Shown: positions 58,304 to 64,000 of the stretch, piece after piece
Layout of the letters: the number at the start of each line of letters is the position of its first letter
Numbering within the stretch: the stretch's first letter is position 1
Origin: a bacterium
Lineage (GTDB): Bacteria; Electryoneota; Electryoneia; Electryoneales; Electryoneaceae
NCBI GenBank assembly: GCA_963669175.1
Contig: OY769902.1
Span: 1,344,001-1,408,000 of the forward strand
DNA length: 64,000 nt
Reading direction: 5' to 3'
Program-made: the position numbers and the translations under genes
The notes under the pieces: model-generated
Told to the model about the DNA's origin: nothing
Seen by the model: the letters and a program-made list of their open reading frames with translations, nothing else
The model's database searches: none

Positions 58304-61069
58304 ATGAGCGGATTAAGAAAATGGGTAGCATGGGGGACGGCAGCGGCAACGGTTCTAATGTTATGTGGAGCCGTACCGGTCTTGGCCAGAACTGACGTTC
58401 CCGGACCCGGCCCGGTAGACCCCGGGTATCGAGCCATGCTGGATGATATCCAGATTGAAAACCGCGTACATGACGTGGGTAAAATCTGGATGAACATTAC
58501 CAACTACGGTTATTTTGGTAACAGTGGTGAAACTACCTCGGACGCCATGGATGACCCATGTACCAATGAATGGGCGCCCCAGGCGGAATTTCCGGGTGGT
58601 AGTGATGTTGAATATCTCTTCCAGGGTGGTTTGTGGATTGGCGCCATGATCAAGGAAGAAGGCTTTGAGTACCCAAGGGTTTCACATGGTCTGGAAGGCT
58701 GGGTCGCCAGTGCGACCAACCAGTTCCTTGGCCAGGAATTCTTCCCCGGCATCTCACCTGGAAACGGCATCACTGAACGGACCACACGGCTGCAGTCGTA
58801 TAACTGCCTTGGTGACTTCATTTCCAGTGATTCGGCAGTATCCGAGCAGGATTTGATTGCCGTCATGACAGATACGGGACGCACAGACCCGGCAGGCCGT
58901 ACAATCACCCTGACCAAGGACGGTGTTCATATTCCGCTCGGTATCAAGGTGACCCAAAAGTCTTATGCGTGGTCTTACAACTATGCTCAGGACTTTATCC
59001 TGATCGACTACGAGATCGAGAATATCGCGTCGAACTTCCTGAAGAACCTGTATATCGGTCTTTATGTGGATGCGGATGTGGGCCGGTTGGGTGAAACACA
59101 GCGTCACACAGATGATATCTGCGGGTTCGTAAAGAACTACGATTACCAGCCCGAGGGCGCGGATGCACCGATCAACCTTACGATCAATACGGCTTATATC
59201 GCCGATAATGACGGTCGTCCACCGGACATTGCATCCGGAACCAACTACTCCTGTCCCGGTGTGACCGGTACTCGAGTTGTCCGAGCGCCAAACCCGAAAC
59301 TTCGTACCTCCTTCAACTGGTGGATTTCCAACGGTGACGAGACGTTGGACTTCGGCCCGGCTTGGAAGGATGACGGCGCACCCGGTTCCTGGACTGCAAC
59401 ACTTGGTACTCCGGAAGATGATGCACGTAAATACTTCGTGCTGTCCAACCGTGAGTTCGACTATGACCAGGTGTATGTGGATGACCCGGACTACATTGCC
59501 GCAAATCCGCAGGAATTCAGCAGTCGTTTTGCCGATGGCGACACGCCTACGGAAAGTCATGACTGGTATATCCCGGGGGTCGATGATAATACACCGCCTG
59601 AAATACCACCGGATATTGCCGACGGTTATGATACTCGTTACCTGATTTCTTGGGGGCCGTTGGGTATCTTCGACTTTATCGATGAATCCGGTAACCGCGT
59701 TTACCGTCTGAATCCTGGTGAAAAGTTCTCCATGACGATCGCGTATGTCGGTGGTCAGAACTTCCATGACCGGAACAACCCGCAGGATTCCAATACCAAC
59801 CTGGATCCGAGCAAGTACGATTTCTCCGATTTGCAGTACAATGCGGATTGGGCGGCCAAAGTCTATGACAACCCGATGGTTGACACCAATGGCGATGGCT
59901 GGTTCGGTGAAGATGTCGGTCTGGATAGTATTTTTGCTGACACAGTCGGCAAGACAGTACAGTTTGTTGACATTTCCGGTGTGACCCGGCAGTACACCTA
60001 CGAAGGTCCGGACGAAGGGGAAGGCGATGGCGTCCTGCAGGCTGCAGAAGACATCAACGCTTTCCGTCCGACGTTTGTCGATTACACATTCAACAACGAA
60101 TTGTTTGATCAGGGTGACGGTGTTGCAGACTTTCAGGGTCCGCCTCCGCCGCCGGTGCCGGTTATTGAATATGAAGTGACTGAGGAAGACCTGATTCTGC
60201 TGTGGGGCAAACTGCCGTCAGAAGATCCCGCATACGTAGACCCGTTCAGCCGTTTGCAGGACTTTGAAGGTTATCGTATTTACGTGTCAAACAACGGTCA
60301 GGAAAACACGTTCAGTTTCCTTGCCCAGTATGATATTGTAGACTTCGCTTATTACAGCGAACGTGATTCGCTGATGTCGGTGCCTGTAATAACAGATAAT
60401 CCGGATACTCTGGACCCGACCATCGTCGACCGGTATGGCACAGTGGGGTATTTGCAGCCGGTAGGCCCGAACGTGGGCATGGACGCCATTTTTGCTTCTG
60501 CATCGAGCTACACCTACCGTGTACCTAACGCCAACCCGATGGTGCCACGGTACTACTGTATCACTGCTTATGACTATGGTGATCCTTTCTCCGGGACAGA
60601 GCAGCTTGAAACCGCGAAGACAGCCAACATGCTTTACATGGCGCCTTCCGGTACCCCGAGGAAGAAGCCGGGTGTAGTTCCCAACCCTTACCGGGCGGAC
60701 CAGAACTACACGAATCGTCATATGCAGGTTTTGTTTGAAAGTGACACGACGTTTGTCAGTTGGGAAAATCGTGATGATGGAACCAGCGATTTCTTCCCGC
60801 AGACTGACCGTCGCATATACTTCTATAACCTGCCCAGGCAGTGCCTGATTCGAATTTTCACCGTATCGGGCGACCTGGTACAGATCGTAGACCACAACGT
60901 GCATGGCAACCGTATTTCAACCTGGAGTTCAGATTATGCTGAAGTCTGGGATTTGAACAGCCGGAACCAGCAGCAGGTGGTATCAGGTCTGTATTTGTTC
61001 AGCGTCGAGGACATGACGCCTGAGAACAAGGGGCACATTGATGTGGGTAAATTTGTCATCATTCGTTAG
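58304..61069 (+). CDS. Secreted acidic protein with a C-terminal sorting-like domain
   Basis: Signal peptide, EFPGGS..EYLF.GGLWIGA, DFEGYRIY, terminal VPNPY...IRIFTVSGDLV...WDL...SGLY...KFVIIR. Confidence 0.82.
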   Translation: MSGLRKWVAWGTAAATVLMLCGAVPVLARTDVPGPGPVDPGYRAMLDDIQIENRVHDVGKIWMNITNYGYFGNSGETTSDAMDDPCTNEWAPQAEFPGGSDVEYLFQGGLWIGAMIKEEGFEYPRVSHGLEGWVASATNQFLGQEFFPGISPGNGITERTTRLQSYNCLGDFISSDSAVSEQDLIAVMTDTGRTDPAGRTITLTKDGVHIPLGIKVTQKSYAWSYNYAQDFILIDYEIENIASNFLKNLYIGLYVDADVGRLGETQRHTDDICGFVKNYDYQPEGADAPINLTINTAYIADNDGRPPDIASGTNYSCPGVTGTRVVRAPNPKLRTSFNWWISNGDETLDFGPAWKDDGAPGSWTATLGTPEDDARKYFVLSNREFDYDQVYVDDPDYIAANPQEFSSRFADGDTPTESHDWYIPGVDDNTPPEIPPDIADGYDTRYLISWGPLGIFDFIDESGNRVYRLNPGEKFSMTIAYVGGQNFHDRNNPQDSNTNLDPSKYDFSDLQYNADWAAKVYDNPMVDTNGDGWFGEDVGLDSIFADTVGKTVQFVDISGVTRQYTYEGPDEGEGDGVLQAAEDINAFRPTFVDYTFNNELFDQGDGVADFQGPPPPPVPVIEYEVTEEDLILLWGKLPSEDPAYVDPFSRLQDFEGYRIYVSNNGQENTFSFLAQYDIVDFAYYSERDSLMSVPVITDNPDTLDPTIVDRYGTVGYLQPVGPNVGMDAIFASASSYTYRVPNANPMVPRYYCITAYDYGDPFSGTEQLETAKTANMLYMAPSGTPRKKPGVVPNPYRADQNYTNRHMQVLFESDTTFVSWENRDDGTSDFFPQTDRRIYFYNLPRQCLIRIFTVSGDLVQIVDHNVHGNRISTWSSDYAEVWDLNSRNQQQVVSGLYLFSVEDMTPENKGHIDVGKFVIIR

Positions 61070-61082
61070 GAAGGGAGGAGCC

Positions 61083-62108
61083 ATGACAAAAACGCGCTGG
61101 ATATGGACCGGCCTGCTGGTCATGCTGCTGCTCCCCGGGCTGGCTCTTGGCCAGGCGAAGGTGGGCACGACGGGCGTCAACTTCCTCAAAATCGGGGTGT
61201 CCGCTCGAGGCGTAGCATTGGCTGATGCGTTGTTACCGGTTGCTGATGATGCATCCACGCTGTACTACAACCCAGCAGGATTGATCAACCTGAAGAACCG
61301 TGAAGCTATTTTCACCCACGTGGTTCTTCCGGCTGGCATCAATTTCGATTATATCGGCTATGTTATGCCATTGCCTGCGTTGGGTGGTTCTTTCGGTGTC
61401 TCGGCTACAACTCTGTATACAGATGCCATGGACGAGACAACGCCGGAACGTGTTTACGGCACAGGGCGCACATTTACCGCTACCGACTTCAGCGCTGGAG
61501 CGACGTACGCACAGCGTCTGACAGATAAATTCTCGGTCGGTGGTACGGTAAAGTACCTGCAGGAAAACCTGGCGGATGAAGTTGCGCGTGGCTGGGCGGC
61601 AGACGTTGGTACGTTCTACGACACGGGGTGGCGGTCGGTTCGTATCGCCATGGTGATTTCGAACTTCGGTCCTGATATGGAGTTCATTTCGTCGCCATTC
61701 CCGCTTCCGTTGATTTTCAAATTCGGAATGTCGGCTGAACTGTACCAGACGGATCGTCACCGGATCACCATGACTGCCGAAGGCACCCACCCGAACGACA
61801 ATGTGGAAGAATTGCATTTCGGCTGGGAATATGCCTGGAACGAGACGGCATTCCTGCGTCTCGGGAAGAAGATGAACGGCCTGACGCGTGATAGCTGGGA
61901 TGATTACCAGTCAGATAAGCAATCCTACGATCCATTTGTAGAGTATCCGCTCTTCAATGAAGACGGCATGCTCTCGTTTGATGGTGTCAGCCTGGGGGGT
62001 GGTCTGCATCTGCGGAACATTGGTCTGATGGTAGACTATAGCTATGCTCAGTTGGGCTATCTGGGTGGTGTTCACAGGTTCAGCCTGGGATACAAGTTTA
62101 ATCGGTAA
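61083..62108 (+). CDS. PorV/PorQ-family outer-membrane protein
   Basis: FLKIGVSARGVAL...LYYNPAGL N-terminus and LGGVHRFSL C-terminus. SD GGAGG before ATG 61083. Confidence 0.85.
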   Translation: MTKTRWIWTGLLVMLLLPGLALGQAKVGTTGVNFLKIGVSARGVALADALLPVADDASTLYYNPAGLINLKNREAIFTHVVLPAGINFDYIGYVMPLPALGGSFGVSATTLYTDAMDETTPERVYGTGRTFTATDFSAGATYAQRLTDKFSVGGTVKYLQENLADEVARGWAADVGTFYDTGWRSVRIAMVISNFGPDMEFISSPFPLPLIFKFGMSAELYQTDRHRITMTAEGTHPNDNVEELHFGWEYAWNETAFLRLGKKMNGLTRDSWDDYQSDKQSYDPFVEYPLFNEDGMLSFDGVSLGGGLHLRNIGLMVDYSYAQLGYLGGVHRFSLGYKFNR

Positions 62109-62194
62109 GCGATCCGGCATTTGTCGGATTGTTGGCAGAGATAGTAAGTAGTAGTCTTGGCGGTGACAGACCGCAATAGAAAGGACGAGGTGGC

Positions 62195-64000
62195 ATGGTG
62201 CAACTGAAGTCCAGCACACAGTGGATTGGGGTGGTAGTGGCGTTAGTCTTGCTGACAGCCACTGCGTTCGCGGGTGAAGTAACTGACACGTTACTTACTA
62301 CGCAGACGTGGACCGTGGACAACAGCCCCTATGTGATTACGCATGACGTATCCATTCCTGCCGGGGAAACCCTGACCATCGATCCAGGCGTAACCGTCGA
62401 GTTCGATGGCCCCTACAGTTTCAACGTCGTTGGTGTGTTGAATGCTCGCGGGCAGGCAGGCGGGAACAGTCTCGATGATGTATTGTGGGTAACCTTTACC
62501 CAGGATACAACAGGTCTGGACATGGACCAGCGCTGGAAGGGTATTCGTTTCCAGGACAGCGATCCAGGATCTTTCCTGCAGTGGGCCATCATCGAGTTTG
62601 GATACGCGAATGGGCGTTGGCCGGCGAATAATGGTGGTGGTCTGTACGTGTATGGTTCTTCACCACGTATTGAAGGCGTCATTGTTCGTGACTGCCATGC
62701 AGACAACAATGGTGGCGGCATCTACTTCTGGTCCTCTTCGTCCGTTTTCCAGAACAACCTCATTGTCAATAACAGTGCTGTTGTCAATGGTGGTGGTGTA
62801 TATGTTGACCAGAGTGATCTTGATATCAGGAACAACACTCTGGTAGGCAACTATGCCGTAGGTGACGGGAACGATTTGCGGGGTATCGGCCAGGGCATGT
62901 TCGTGGGGCCACAGGCCAACCTGGTCATCCGTTCCAGTATCTTCTGGGCCAACGGTGACAACCCCGGTTCCGGCGACGATGAAGCCTACTTCATTTCAGG
63001 CATCAATGAAGTCGATATCCGGTATTGCATCGTATCGGACCTGGCAGACGATAACGCGGAAGATTTCCTGTACGCGGAACGCGCCTATTTTGAAGAAGAA
63101 CTGTATTACACCCTGTCCGACAGTTCTGTTGGTATTGATGCTGGTGATCCTTCTGATGACAGGGTTGGCAGCGAACCTTCACCGCATGGCCAGTATGTCA
63201 ATATTGGTGCATGGGGCGGAACTCAATATGCCAGCAAGTCCGTGCCGGTAGCCGTACCGCAGGCAGCAAATGGTGATCGTTCGAACCTGGTGCTTTACCC
63301 GACTACCCGGGTTTCAGATACAACTTCCGCATCTGTCGGAATTGGTAACATTGGTCACGATGATCTGCGTTTCTACCTGGATGAAAATTCACGCTACTGG
63401 GTGTTGGATTCATTGCACATCGACGGCGTGGAAGGGGATGCAAGGCGTGCTTACATCAATCACCGTTTTACTCTCCCCAGCAATATCCAGTTTGAAATTG
63501 CCGCAGACAGTACGGATGCTTTTGATGTTCTTTATCATCCGGACCCCTCGGATACAGAGCGGCTTGAAGTCTGGTTGAAGCTGGAAACCAACGGCGGTGA
63601 TTTGTTATATCGTCTGCGCGGTACTCCAGTGAATCCGGGTATTGAGCTTAGCACGACGTCTATTGATTTCGGGACAGTACAACTGGGTGATTCCGTTGGT
63701 GTCGAGTACCAGATTTCCAGCACGGGAACAACGGAACTCGAGCTTACTTCACCTCATCTTGCTACGCTTACAGATCATTTCGGGTCTGACCGACCCAGCA
63801 CAGATACGCCGTGGACGCTCGAACCGGGTGAGACCTATACCTACATCGCGTATTGCAAGCCTATTGAGATTGTCGGCAACCTTCGCGACAGTATTTTCGT
63901 ACGTAACAACGACCAGCTTCTGTATATCAGGTTGCGTGCTTTTGTAGAAGGCCCGCTGCTTGAGACAAACGTGGAAGATGGCGATACCATTGATTTCCTG
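62195..64000 (+). CDS. Secreted beta-helix protein with Ig-like domains (partial, runs off window)
   Basis: Manual translation: MVQLKSSTQWIGVVVALVLLTATAFA signal, SPYVI...LTIDPGVTVEF, GGGIY repeats, IDAGDP, IDFGTVQLG. Absent from the ORF track because there is no stop in the window. Confidence 0.82.
   Translation, partial: MVQLKSSTQWIGVVVALVLLTATAFAGEVTDTLLTTQTWTVDNSPYVITHDVSIPAGETLTIDPGVTVEFDGPYSFNVVGVLNARGQAGGNSLDDVLWVTFTQDTTGLDMDQRWKGIRFQDSDPGSFLQWAIIEFGYANGRWPANNGGGLYVYGSSPRIEGVIVRDCHADNNGGGIYFWSSSSVFQNNLIVNNSAVVNGGGVYVDQSDLDIRNNTLVGNYAVGDGNDLRGIGQGMFVGPQANLVIRSSIFWANGDNPGSGDDEAYFISGINEVDIRYCIVSDLADDNAEDFLYAERAYFEEELYYTLSDSSVGIDAGDPSDDRVGSEPSPHGQYVNIGAWGGTQYASKSVPVAVPQAANGDRSNLVLYPTTRVSDTTSASVGIGNIGHDDLRFYLDENSRYWVLDSLHIDGVEGDARRAYINHRFTLPSNIQFEIAADSTDAFDVLYHPDPSDTERLEVWLKLETNGGDLLYRLRGTPVNPGIELSTTSIDFGTVQLGDSVGVEYQISSTGTTELELTSPHLATLTDHFGSDRPSTDTPWTLEPGETYTYIAYCKPIEIVGNLRDSIFVRNNDQLLYIRLRAFVEGPLLETNVEDGDTIDFL

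Overview
Bacterial chromosomal window with no rRNA, intact tRNA, CRISPR array or intact transposase/integrase. Inference: an FCB-superphylum lineage outside Bacteroidota, based on many secreted proteins with PNPFN-type C-terminal sorting domains (CTDs), a PorV/PorQ-family gene and a TonB-dependent receptor operon. Left part: nadB (partial), a sensor kinase, a YfhO-like membrane protein, a TPR protein, an AP-superfamily phosphodiesterase, methyltransferases, archease-rtcB and hybrid kinases. Middle (23.2-31.8 kb): a rearranged locus of CTD-bearing secreted proteins. It holds two orphan CTD cassettes, a truncated beta-helix gene and gene scraps, all bounded by copies of a 23-bp site AAACTA-CCGTCTGTCCC-TAGTTT, plus a composite palindromic tandem array and two adjacent MITE-like elements (one IS50-like with a 10-bp target duplication). 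Right part: an ArsC-PAS-sigma54 activator with a candidate sigma54-dependent sRNA, a REC-GcvH-like fusion, MCP/CheW genes, Mut7-C, icd, and a TBDR / beta-helix lipoprotein / CTD protein / PorV-like operon running off the end. Three proteins in the window (at 18, 37 and 39 kb) carry a DHp domain but no kinase ATPase domain. Best candidate for an undescribed system: the 23-bp-site cassette array. Next are the ATPase-less DHp trio and the sRNA. All calls are by eye; no searches were run.
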